From the NCBI RefSeq assembly GCF_036321535.1, contig NC_087436.1, forward strand, positions 61,506,001-61,570,000: DNA of 64,000 bases, written 5' to 3'. Each line of letters begins with the position of its first letter. Positions within the stretch are counted from its first letter, which is position 1. The translations under genes were made by a program, and so were the position numbers. The DNA is from Camelus dromedarius. Taxonomy: Eukaryota. Positions 40,560 through 51,715 of this stretch are shown here, in pieces. The notes below the pieces were generated by a model. That model made no database searches. It was not told the origin of the DNA and saw only the letters and a list, made by a program, of their open reading frames with translations.

Positions 40560-42760
40560 AACTTTAGAGGTTTGCACCTATTAAATTTTAAACATTACAA
40601 GTTTGCAGGAAACACAACAAATGGAAGAGAAAATCACTGAATAAACTTTTCTTAACATAAAGGATAAAATCAATCTGACAATCAAAAGGATATTCCATGT
40701 TACGAAATAAAAGTAAAACCAATAAAATCAAACCTAATTTGAGTCATATTCTAGATGTGTTAGTGAACTTCAAGGAAAAAAAAAACTTAGTATCCAGGTA
40801 GAAAAACAATCCAATCAACTATAAAGGGGAAATAAAGCATTGATCACATTTCTCCAGCAATATTCAATGCAAGGAGATGATAGCATGTGACCTATTCATT
40901 CTATAGTAAAGAAAGTGAGATCCATATTTTCATTTTAAAAAATCAAAGAAAATGGGCAGGCCTTTCTCAAACTTGAAATAATGGAAAACTAAAATATGGG
41001 TGGTTATTTTGAACCAATTACACATACACACATCTAGCCAACCAAAAGATGGATGGAGAAGCCATAGTAAAAGGAATAATGCAACATCTAATGTCATATG
41101 AAAGTGAGAATATGTTAATAATGTTTTGAAGAAAAGTAACTTTGTTCTGAGAATTTTATACCCTGCTGAGATGGGTATTTGCAACAGGCGTTTCTTCTGA
41201 ACAGTATATACTTAGGAGATACAGTACTGTGGGAAAAGAATAGTATACGCTTCCTCTTAATAAGAAAAAATATGAAATAGGAAATACAAGTTTCTATTTA
41301 AGAAGGGAACTTGCTTTCATTAAAGGGAAATTATGAAGCAAATAATTTAGAAAATACTTTATTCATGGGCTGTGTTATAAATTACTTTCTTTGTATTAAC
41401 TAGAAAACTGGAAGAAACAAATATATTAGAAAGCTGGGGATGAATAAAACCTATGCCCTGAGTAGTCAAGCTGAGTCAAAGGTTCCATATCTGATTGCTT
41501 TTGATTACTCAGTTCTCTATCATATGTGATATTTTCTTTCTTCAGTTTCTTGAAAGTATTCTTTCTTTCCCCTAAATCACTCACTACTTTCTTTATTTAT
41601 AGGAAGTAGTTTGTGGTCAATGATTAACTTTTGTTGATTGACTGATTGATTGATTTGATATAAGTGTACATTGTGAAGTGATTACCACAATAAGGTTAGT
41701 TAACATATTGTCACTACACATAGATACAGCTTTTTTTTTTTCCTTAGCAACTTCCAAATATACAATACAATATTGTTAACTATAGTCATCATGCTGTACA
41801 TTAGATACCCAGAACATATTTATCTTATAACTGGAATTTTATACCCTTTAACCCACCTTCACCTATTTCCTCAAACCCCCACCTCAAGCCCCTTGGTAAC
41901 CACCAATCTTCTCTCCTGCTCTGTGTCTGTGATTTTGTTTTTTTTAGTTTAAAATAGTTCTTTGAAGAAGAAATGCGTACTCTGTGGTTGAATTGTTTTA
42001 TAAGGGACATTTTCTTTTTCTCTCTGAAATGTAAACTATATTTGCACAGATGTCAAGGTTTGTAAAGCATGTTTCAGATAATTGTATAAAGTCATAAAAC
42101 AAGGCTATTGTAGGAAAAAGATAATCACAAATTGAACCTGTCTTTACTTCAGATATAAAAACTCACAGTAACCTCTGGTGCAGGAAATGTTTGTTACAAG
42201 TGTTATCTACCTGCTGGAGCTGTGTACAAGATTAAATTAGACAAAATACTCAACCAGTTTCTAAATCTAAAATACAATGTGGATCATTGTTTGATAGCAA
42301 GCAAAAGCCCTTTATAAACAAACATTCATCCCCTTCACATGACTTGATATTAGTGACAAAGGAGTAGAGAGATTGAGTGCTCTAAAATTTAACACCTGGA
42401 GAAATTAGGCTGTTAGAACAGAATAAATTTTTTTCAAACATTGTCAAAAGAAAAATGATAAGAAACTTAACAACAATGAGAGGTGGAGGAAGAATGATAT
42501 CTTTCTCAACTTTCAGAGTGGAAAGTCACTTATACTCTCCACTGTTGTAACATTGGAAGGCAAAAGAAAAAAAAATGGCAAGTACTTCCTTATATTTTTT
42601 GCATTTTTTAACACCAAAAGGTTCATTTAGAACTTAATAACTCTCGAAACAAAAATATTTCACCTGAACTTCAGTATTTCATTTTTATTATTGTTTTTTT
42701 TACTTTCTAAACTTCAAGGAAACATATTCAGTACATTTTATTCAGTAATACTATAAGTAC
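40560..42760 (+). mobile_element. Ancient HAL1/L1M-type ORF1-containing remnant, interrupted by a younger L1
   Basis: Degenerate L1-ORF1-like motifs 'gtgaacttcaagga', 'caactataaaggg', 'tttctccagcaatattcaatgcaaggagatg', 'agaattttataccctgc'; limits uncertain. Confidence 0.45.
41630..41950 (-). mobile_element. 5'-truncated LINE-1 3' end
   Basis: 'tgattaccacaataaggttagttaaca...ttaactatagtcatcatgctgtacattagat...cccttggtaaccaccaatc'. Confidence 0.9.
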
Positions 42761-42874
42761 TATGTTTTAATTTGAACACCATTTATCTCTGTTCCTTCTG
42801 TATATATATGCCTGAACAAATGTATGTTATATTGTTCTCTAATTTTAGTGATGATTACTTTTCATTTTGCTTCT

Positions 42875-44665
42875 TTTGACAGTATAGTTGAAGTATTAGT
42901 TGATTTACAATATTATATTAGACTCAGGTGTACAACATAGTGATTCAATATTTTTATAGATTATACTCCATTTAAAGTTATTGCAAAATAATGGCTATAT
43001 TTTCCTGTGCTGTACAACATATCCTTGTTGCTTATTTATTTTATAGTTTGTGTCTCTTAATCCCATACTCTAATCTTGCTCCTTCCCCCTTCCCCCTGGT
43101 ATCTATTAGTTAGTTTTCTAAGTCAGCTTCTATTTTGTATATATATTATTTTGTTTTATATTTTAGATTTCACATACAAATGATATCAGAGTTTTTGTTT
43201 TTCTCTGACTTATTTCATAAGCATAATAACATCTAGATCCATCCACATTATCGCAAATGACCAAAATCCATTCTTTTTTATGGCTAAGTAATACTTGTAT
43301 GTGTGTGTGTGTGTGTGTGTGTGCTAAAGTTTTTTAATCCATTCTTCTGTTGATGGACATTTGGATTGCTTCCATATCTTGGATATTGTAAATAATGCTG
43401 CCATGAACATTGGGTGAATATCTTTTGAATTACTGTTTTTGTTTTCTTTGAATATTTATCTAGGAGTAGAATTGCTGGGTGATATGGTAATTCTAGTTTT
43501 AGTTTCTTGAGGAACTTCCATACAGTTTTCCATAATGGCTGCACCAATTTACATTCCCACCAACAGTGTACTAGGGCTCCCGTATGTCCACATCCTCTCC
43601 AACGTTTATTAATTGTAGACTTTTTGACAACAGCCGTTTTGACAGGTGTGAGGTGATATCTCTTATGGTTTGATTTACATTTCTCTAATGATTAGCAGTG
43701 GTGAGCAATTTTTCATATGTCTGTTGGCCATCTGTAATCATCTTTGGAAAAATGCCTATTCAGGTCTTTTTGCAATTTTTTAATTATTTTTTTTGATACT
43801 GGTTTTATGAGCTGTTTATTTATTTTGGATGTTAGTCTCTTATTGATCATATTGCAAACATTTTCTTCCATTCAGTAGGTTGTCTTTGTTTTGTTGATGG
43901 TTTCCTTTGCTGTGCAAAAAGCTTTTATATTTAATTATATCCCATTTGTTTATTTTTATAAATTTAAATTTTTGCTTTTGTTTCTTTTGTCTTAGGATAC
44001 AGATTAAAAACACACTGCTATGATTTATGTCAGTGTTCTATGTTCTCTTCTTGAATTTTAGGAATTTCAGGTTTTTCATTTAAATCTTTAACACATACTG
44101 AGTTTATTTTTGTATGTGATCTGAGAAAATGTTCTAATTTCATTCTTCTACATGTAGCTGTCCAGTTTTCCTAGCACCAGTTAGGTCTTTTTTTTATTGC
44201 ATATTCTTCCCTCCTTTGTCATAGATTAAGTATGTGAGTTTATTTCTATGCCCTCTATATTGTTCCATTGATCTATGTATTTGTTTCTATGCTAGTACAA
44301 TATTGTTTTGATTACTGTAGCTTTATAGTATAGTCTGAAGTCAGAAGATTTGTTCCTTTTCCTCAAGATTGCTTTGGCAATTTGAGCTCTTTGTAGTTCC
44401 ATATAAATTTTAGGATTATTTGTTCTAGTTCTGTGAAAAGTATTGTGGATATTTTGATAGGAATTGCATTAAATCTGTAGATTGCTTTGAATACTATGGA
44501 TTTTTTAACAATATTAATTCTTCCAATCCAAAAGCATGAGACATACTTTCATATCTTTGTATCATCTGCAGTTTCCTTCAGCAGTGTATAATAGTTTTCA
44601 GAGTAAAGGTCTTTCACCTCCTTGGTTAAGTTTATTAGTAGGTATTTGTTTCTTTTTGAGACAAT
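42875..44665 (-). mobile_element. Older LINE-1, 3' portion (3' UTR plus distal ORF2); host of the nested L1
   Basis: L1 3' UTR 'ttgatttacaatattatattag..tcaggtgtacaacatagtgattc'; ORF2 remnant [16 protein letters not shown]; contains (TG)n near 43300. Confidence 0.95.
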
Positions 44666-44743
44666 TTTTTTTAACTTTTTTATTGATTTATAATCATTTT
44701 ACAAAGTTGTGTCAAATTCCAGTGCAGGGCACAATTTTTCAGT

Positions 44744-44764
44744 TATATATATATACACACACAC

Positions 44765-44797
<33 letters not shown>
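44744..44797. repeat. Compound (TA)n(CA)n(TA)n microsatellite within L1 3' UTR
   Basis: Read directly from sequence. Confidence 0.95.
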
Positions 44798-44798
<1 letters not shown>

Positions 44799-45003
44799 TC
44801 ATTGTCACATTTTTTTCTCTGTGAACTACCATAAGATCTTGTGTATATTTCCCTGTGCTATACAGTATAATCTTGTTTATCTATTCTACAATTTTGAAGT
44901 CCCGTCTATCCCTTCCCACCCTCTGCCCCCTTGGCAACCACAAGTTTGTATTCTATGTCTATGAGTCTGTTTCTGTTTTGTATTTATGCTTTGGTTGTTT
45001 GTT

Positions 45004-48000
45004 TTAGATTCCACATATGAGCGATCTCATATGGTATTTTCCTTTCTCTTTCTGGCTTACTTCACTTAGAATGACATTCTCCAGGAGCATCCATGTTGCT
45101 GCAAATGGTGTTATGTAGTCAGTTTTTATGGCTGAGTAGTATTCCATTGTATAAATATACCACACCTTCTTTATCCAGGCATCTATTGATGGACATTTAG
45201 GCTGTCTCCATGTCTTGGCCATTGTAAATAGTGCTGCTATGAACATTGGGGTGCAGGTGTCATTCTGAAGTAGGGTTCCTTCTGGATATATGCCCAGGAG
45301 TGGGATTCCTGGGTCATATGGTAAATCTATTCCTAGTCTTTTGAGCAATCTCCATACTATTTTCCACAGTGGCTGCACCAAACTGCATTCCTACCAAAGT
45401 GCAGGAGGGTTCCCCTTTTCCCACAGCCTCTCCAGCATTTGTCATTTGTGGATTTTTGAATTATGGGCATTCTGACTGGTGTGAGGTGATACCTCATTGT
45501 AGTTTTGATTTGCATTTCTCTGATAATTAGTGATATTGAGCATTTTTTCATGTGTCTATTGATCATTTGTATGTCTTCCTTGGAGAATTGCTTGTTTTGG
45601 TCTTTTGCCGATTTTTGGATTAGGTTGTTTGGTTGTTTCTTATTTAGTCGTATGAGCTGCTTATATATTCTGGAGATCAAGCCTTTGTTGGTTTCATTTG
45701 CAAAAATTTTCTCCCATTCCATAGGTTGTCTTTTTGTTTGACTTATGGTTTCCTTTGCTGTGCAGAAGCTTGTAAGTTTCATTAGGTCCCATTTGTTTAT
45801 TCTTGCTTTTATTTCTATTGCTTGAGTAGACTGTTCTAGGAGAACATTTTTGAGATGTATGTCAGATAATGTTTTGCCTATATTTTCTTCTAGGAGGTTT
45901 ATTGTATCTTGTCTTATGTTTAAGTCTTTGATCCATTTTTAGTTTATTTTTGTGTATGGTGTAAGGGAGTGTTCTAGCTTCACTGCTTTACATGCTGCTG
46001 TCCAGTTTTCCCAACACCATTTGCTGAAGAGACTGTCTTTATTCCATTGTGTATTCTTGCCTCCTTTGTCAAAGATTAGTTGACCAAAAGTTTGCAGGTT
46101 CATTTCTGGGCTCTCTATCCTGTTCCATTGGTCTATATGTCTGTTTTTGTATCAATACCATGTTGTCTTGATGACTGTGGCTCTATAGTATTGTCTGAAG
46201 TCTGGGAGAGTTATTCCTCCAGCCTCTTTCTTTCTCTTCAGTAAGGCTTTGGCAATTCTAGGTCTTCGATGGTTCTGTATAAATTTTATTATGATTTGTT
46301 CTAGTTCTGTGAAATATGTCCTGGATAATTTGATAGGGATTGTATTAAGTCTGTAGATTGCCTTGGGCAGTGTGACCATTTTAACAATACTGATTCTTCC
46401 AACCCAAGAGCATGGGATATCTTTCCATTTTTAAAAACCTTCTTTAATTTCCTTCATCATTGGTTTATAGTTTTCTGTGTATAATTCTTTCACCCACTTG
46501 GTTAGATTTATTCCTAGGTATTTTATTACTTTGGGTGCTATTTTAAAGGGGATTGTTTCTTTACTTTCTTTTTCTGTTGATTCATCATTAATGTAAAGAA
46601 ATGCTACTGATTTTTGAACGTTAATCTTGTAACTTGCTACCTTGCTGAATTCTTTGATCAGCTCTGGTAATTTTCGTGTGGACCTTCTGGGGTTTTCTAT
46701 ATACAGTATCATGTCATCGGCATATAGTGACACTTTTACCTCTTCTTTTCCAATTTGGATCCCTTTTATTTCTCTCTCTTGCCTGATTGCTGTGTCTAGG
46801 ACTTCCAAGACAATGTTGAATAGGAGTGGTGATAGTGGGCATCCTTGTCTTGTCCCAGATTTTAGTGGGAATCGTTTGAGTTTTTCACCATTGAGTACTA
46901 TGCTGGCTGTAGGTTTGTCATATATAGCTTTTATTATGTTGAGATATGTTCTCTCTATAGCCACTTTGGTGAGAGTTTTTATCATAAATGGGTGTTGAAT
47001 TTTAGTAAATGCTTTTACTGCATCTGTTGAGATGATCATGTGGTTTTTGTCCTTTCTCTTGTTGATGTGATGTATTATATTGATTGATTTGCATATGTTG
47101 AACTACGCTTGTGTCCCTGGGATGAACCCCACTTGGGAATGATGTGTAATCTTTTTTATGTGTTGTTGGATTCTATTTGATAATATTTGGGTGAGGATTT
47201 TGGCGTCTATGTTCATCAGTGATACTGGCCTATAATTCTCTTTTTTGGTAGTGTCTTTTCCTGGTTTTGGTGTCAGGGTGATGGTGGCTTCATAGAATGA
47301 GTTTGGGAGTATTCCCTCCTTTTCAATCATCTGGAAAAGTTTGAGAATGACTGGTATGAGTTCTGCTTTGTATGATTGGTAGAAGTCCCCAGTGAAGCCA
47401 TCCGGTCCTGGACTTTTATGTGTAGGGAGGTTTTTTATTGCTATTTCGATTTCACTTCTAGTGATTAGTTTGTTCAAGTGGTCAGTTTCTTCTTGATTCA
47501 GTCTTGGTGGACAGTATGTTTCCAGAAACTTGTCCACCTCCTCTAGGTTATCCAGTTTGGTTCCATATAGTTTTTCATAATATTCTCATATGATATTCTG
47601 TATTTCTATTTTATTTGTTGTAATTTCTCCATTTTCCTTTCTTATTTTGCTAATTTGTGCTCTCTTTTTTTTCTTAGTGAGTTTGGCCAGAGGTTTTTCG
47701 ATTTTATTTACTTTTTCAAAAAAAAAACAGCTTTTGGTTTGATTGATTTTTTTCCTATGGTCTTTTTAACCTGTATTTTATTTATTTCCTTCCTAATCTT
47801 TATAATTGCCTTCCTTCTGCTGCCTTTTGGGGTTTTTTTGTTCTTCTTTTTCTAGTTCATTCAGCTGGTGGGTTAAATTATTTATTTGAGATTGTTCTTC
47901 TTTTTTGAAGAAGGCCTGTATTGCTATAAACTTCCCTCTTAGCACTGCCTTTGCTGTGTCCCATAAATTTTGTGTGCTTGTGCTTTCATTTTTATTTGTC

Positions 48001-48822
48001 TCAAGGTATTTTTAAATTTCAGCTTTGATTTCCTCATTGACCCATTGGTTTTTTAATAACATATTGTTTAATCTCCATGCTTTCCTTTTTTTCTCCTTTG
48101 TTTCTCTGTTGTTGATTTCTAGTTTCATGGCATTGTGGTCAGTAAAGATGCTTGTGATAATTTCTGCCTTCTTAAAATTGCTGAGGTTTCTTTTGTGCCC
48201 AAGTACATGATCAATCCTGGAAAATGTTCCATGTGCACTTGAAAAGAATGTATGTCCTATTTTGGGGGGGGGGGTGTAATGCTCTGAAAATATCCACCAA
48301 ATCTTATTTTTCTATTGTATTATTTAGTTTCTCTGTTGCCTTGTTTATTTTCTGTCTGGAAGATCTGTCTAGTGATGTTAATGCTGTGTTAAAATCTCCG
48401 ACTATGATTGTATTCCCATCAATATCCCCCATTATCTCTGTTAGTAATTGTTTTATGTATTTAGGTGCTCCTATATTGGGTGTATATATATTAATGAGTG
48501 TAATATCCTCATCTTGTATCACTCCTTTAATCATTATAAAATGTCCTTTATCTTTCTCTATGGCCTTTGTTTTAAAGTCTATTTTGTCTGAAATCAGTAC
48601 TGCAACACCTGCTTTTTTGGCTTTTCCATTTGCATGGAATATCCTTTTCCATCTTTTCACTCTCAATCTATATGTGTCCTTCTCCCTAAAGTGGGTCTCT
48701 TGTATGCAGCATATTGAAGGTTCTTGCTTTATTATCCAGTCTGCCACTCTATGTCTTTTGACTGGAGTATTTAGTCCACTAACATTTACAGTAATTAATG
48801 ATAGGTGTGTGTTTATTGCCAT
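45004..48822 (-). pseudogene. L1 ORF2 (APE endonuclease / reverse transcriptase), disrupted by stops and frameshifts
   Basis: [87 protein letters not shown]-terminus KCWRGCG, AIKTD; split over several ORF-track fragments. Confidence 0.97.
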
Positions 48823-49229
48823 TTTGCATTTATCTTTGCAGTTGATTTGGTATTTCCTCTTTGTTCCTTTCTTCTTCCTTTTGTGGTTTGGTAATTTTCC
48901 TTTGTATTATCATGGATTTTATTTAGTTTTTGTGACTCCCTTGTAAGTTTTTCGCTTGTGGTTACCCTTTTTTGTAAGTCTTTTAGCCCCTTAGTATAAC
49001 TGTTTTTATTAAACTGATAGTAACATGATCCCAAACCCATCCTACCAAGAACAAAAAATTTAAAAAAGAAAGAAAAAAAAATTCTATATTTTCCTGCCTC
49101 CCTCTTCCACTCTCAATGATTTGTATGTCTTCTTTTAGAATTTTGTGTTTATTTTTATTTGTAATTCATGAATTATCACCTTTCCAGTTGTGAGTTTCTC
49201 ATTTCTGTAGCATCCTGCTGCTTTTCTAT

Positions 49230-50130
49230 TTAGAGTAGACCTTTCAATATTTCTTTTAGCATGGGTTTAGTGTTGCTAAACTCTTGTAGCTTTCTCTTGT
49301 CTGTGAAATTCTTTATGTCTCCTTCTATCCTAAAGGATAGCCTTGCTGGATAAAGCATCCTAGGCTGCATCTTTTTTTTCATTCAGGACTTTGAATATAT
49401 CTTGCCACTCCCTTCTGGCCTGTAGTGTTTGTGTAGAGAAATCAGCTGAGAGCCTTATGGGGGTTCCCTTGTAACTCACTCTGCTTTTTCTCTTGCTGCC
49501 TTTAGTATCATTTCTTTATCCTTGACTCTGGCCATCTTAATTATGATACGTCTTGGTGTGGGTCTGTTTGGGTTCTTCCTATTTGGGACCCTCTGAGCTT
49601 CCTGTACTTGGATATCTGATTCCTTCTTTAAGTTTGGGAAGTTTTCAGTCATGATTTCTTCAAAAACCTTTTCAATCTCCTTTGATCTTTCTTCCCCTTC
49701 TGGGACCCCTATTATGCGAAGATTGGCACGTTTTATATTATCCCATAGGTTCCTTATGCTATTTTCATTTGTTTTTATTTGTTTATCTTGTAGCGGTTCT
49801 GATTGGGTGCTTTCCATTGTTCTGTCTTCTAGGTCACTAATTCGTTCCTCTGCATTATCTAGTCTGCTTTGCACAGCCATTAGATCATTACTCATCTCAG
49901 CCAATGAGTTTACCAGTTCTACTTGGCTCTTCTTTATAGCTTCAATTTCATTTTTGACATTTTTATATGTCTAAACACTATCTGTTTTAGTTCCTTGAAT
50001 ACTTTGATCACTCCTTTTTTGAAATCTTGATCTAGCAGCTATTGATGTCTATTTCATTGATTGTTCTTTCAGGGGATTTCTCTTGTTCTTTTAATTGGGA
50101 ATGGTTTCTCTGCTTCTTCATCTTGCTCAT
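49230..50130 (-). pseudogene. L1 ORF1 (RNA-binding protein), disrupted
   Basis: Starts MSKMKKQRNHSQLKEQEK; contains RLDNAEERISDLEDR, KRANLRIIGVPEGEE, ENFPNL, RPTPRRIIIKM, ILKAAREK; ends ..ILKGLL*. Confidence 0.93.
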
Positions 50131-50469
50131 ACCTCTCTGGCACTGTGGTTTATGGAGTATCAGTTATCTATTGTCATCCTAATGGAGTTTATCTATCTAA
50201 TGCCTATGTAGGAATAAAACAGAAAAGAAAAAAAAGAGAGAGAGAAAGAATTTTAAAAGAAGGGAGAAACAAAGGTTTGAAAACAGTGTATAATGAATAA
50301 TAGAAGAGCAAGTTGAAGCAGAATTTTTAAAAATAATAATAAAATATTTTTTAAAAATTTAAAAGGGATTAAACCTGAGGGTATATATAATTGTTTAAGA
50401 AGTAAAAATTAAAAGGGTAATAGAAAATAGAACAGATAAAAACAGATTTAAAAAAAAAGGGGGGGGTCG

Positions 50470-51711
50470 GTGTTCTGGAGACTGTGTGCTTTTAATGTGA
50501 AGTGTTTCTGTCTTCGTCCTGTTTTGGAAGCTCAGCTTGCTGTTTCCAGAGGCCCTCCGTTGGCACCCTCATCTGTGCTGCTCCCAGTGCCTGTTGGCAA
50601 GCAGATCGCGCCTCCTCCCAACACTGGGTCAGGTGCAGCTCTCCTTTGCTGTGTGCGGGCGGGTCACTGCCCCTCCCAATGCTGCAGTCAGATGTTGCAG
50701 ACTCGCCAGGTGGGAGGGGGGTGTTGCGCCCCCTCCCAGCACAGCATTCCTGCCTGAAATGTAGGGGGCTGCCTGCCCTCTCCCGGCGCCTGTCGCTCCG
50801 CTGCTCTGTGCTGCTGCGAGCTCCGCCTCGGGTTGGCGCTCTGCAGGCGGGCTCCGGGAAGACCGAGGAACAGCCCTGTCCCTGCTCCAGGCCAAAACCC
50901 AGTTCCTTGTTTGTCTTGGCGGAGCAAGTTCTCTGGGGGACCAGGACTGAAGGATCCTATCTGCCTCTGGCTGTAGACAAGTCTCCATCTGGCCTATGAG
51001 GCTGCTAAATCTTTAGGGGCGGATGCAGGTTTCGCCCCCACCCCCTCCTGGGTGCTAAGCGCCCGAGGATATGGCAGCTGTGCCTGAGCCCCGCCTCTCT
51101 TCACCCGAAAACTTTCCGCGGGTTTTCAGAGTTTGGGGTATGCCCCCTTCCCCCCAGGGCACATCAGCCGTGTTGTTTTATGGAGTGCCCAGGTTGTTCT
51201 GCCCTGTGCACCCACAGCCATGGTGCACAGCCCCCTGCATTCCCCCGGGGCTGCCTCAGTGCAGCCATCCCCGTCCTCCACCCGGCTCGGGCAGCCTGGC
51301 CTTGCCTCCAGCTGTCGGGCCACCTCTCGGGCTGGGTGTCGCGGGAACCCTCTGTGCCCGTTTAACTTAGTTCTGTTGGTCAAGGGCTGCTCTGTACAGA
51401 TCCGAGCCTCAGAGGCTCCTCCTCCGTCCCGCTGGCCCCTCCGTTGGAGAGGGGGGACCCAGTGAACGAGCGCCAGTCCTCCTTTGCCGCTCCCTCCCCG
51501 CAGGACCTGTCCTGCTCTGTTTTGCCTTTTTTTCTTAATTTTTTGCTTTTCTCCTATTGGATTTTTGGCGTCTCTATCTTTTGAAGAGGATGATGTTCTG
51601 TCAGAGTTCCGCAGGTGCTCTGGCTGGCTGAGTGGGTCTGTGGATGTGAGTCTTGGTGCATTTGTGGGAGAGGGTGAGCTACCAGCGTCCTTCTACTCCG
51701 CCATCTTGGCC
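50470..51711 (-). promoter_or_regulatory. L1 internal promoter: GC/CpG-rich 5' UTR with terminal YY1 site
   Basis: Only CpG-dense stretch in the window; YY1 motif CAAGATGGCGG (plus strand ccgccatcttg, 51698-51708) at the element's 5' end. Confidence 0.8.
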
Positions 51712-51715
51712 CAAT

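Larger units (their letters stand above)
44666..51711 (-). mobile_element. Full-length (about 7.05 kb) LINE-1, relatively young but inactivated
   Basis: 5' end GGCCAAGATGGCGG, CpG-rich 5' UTR, ORF1, long spacer, ORF2 (EN, RT, C-terminal domain), 3' UTR, AATAAA and short A tail, all in order. Confidence 0.98.

Noticed and set aside
48224..48946. 240-aa hydrophobic plus-strand ORF, the longest in the track
   Set aside because: Antisense shadow of the A-rich L1 endonuclease coding region.
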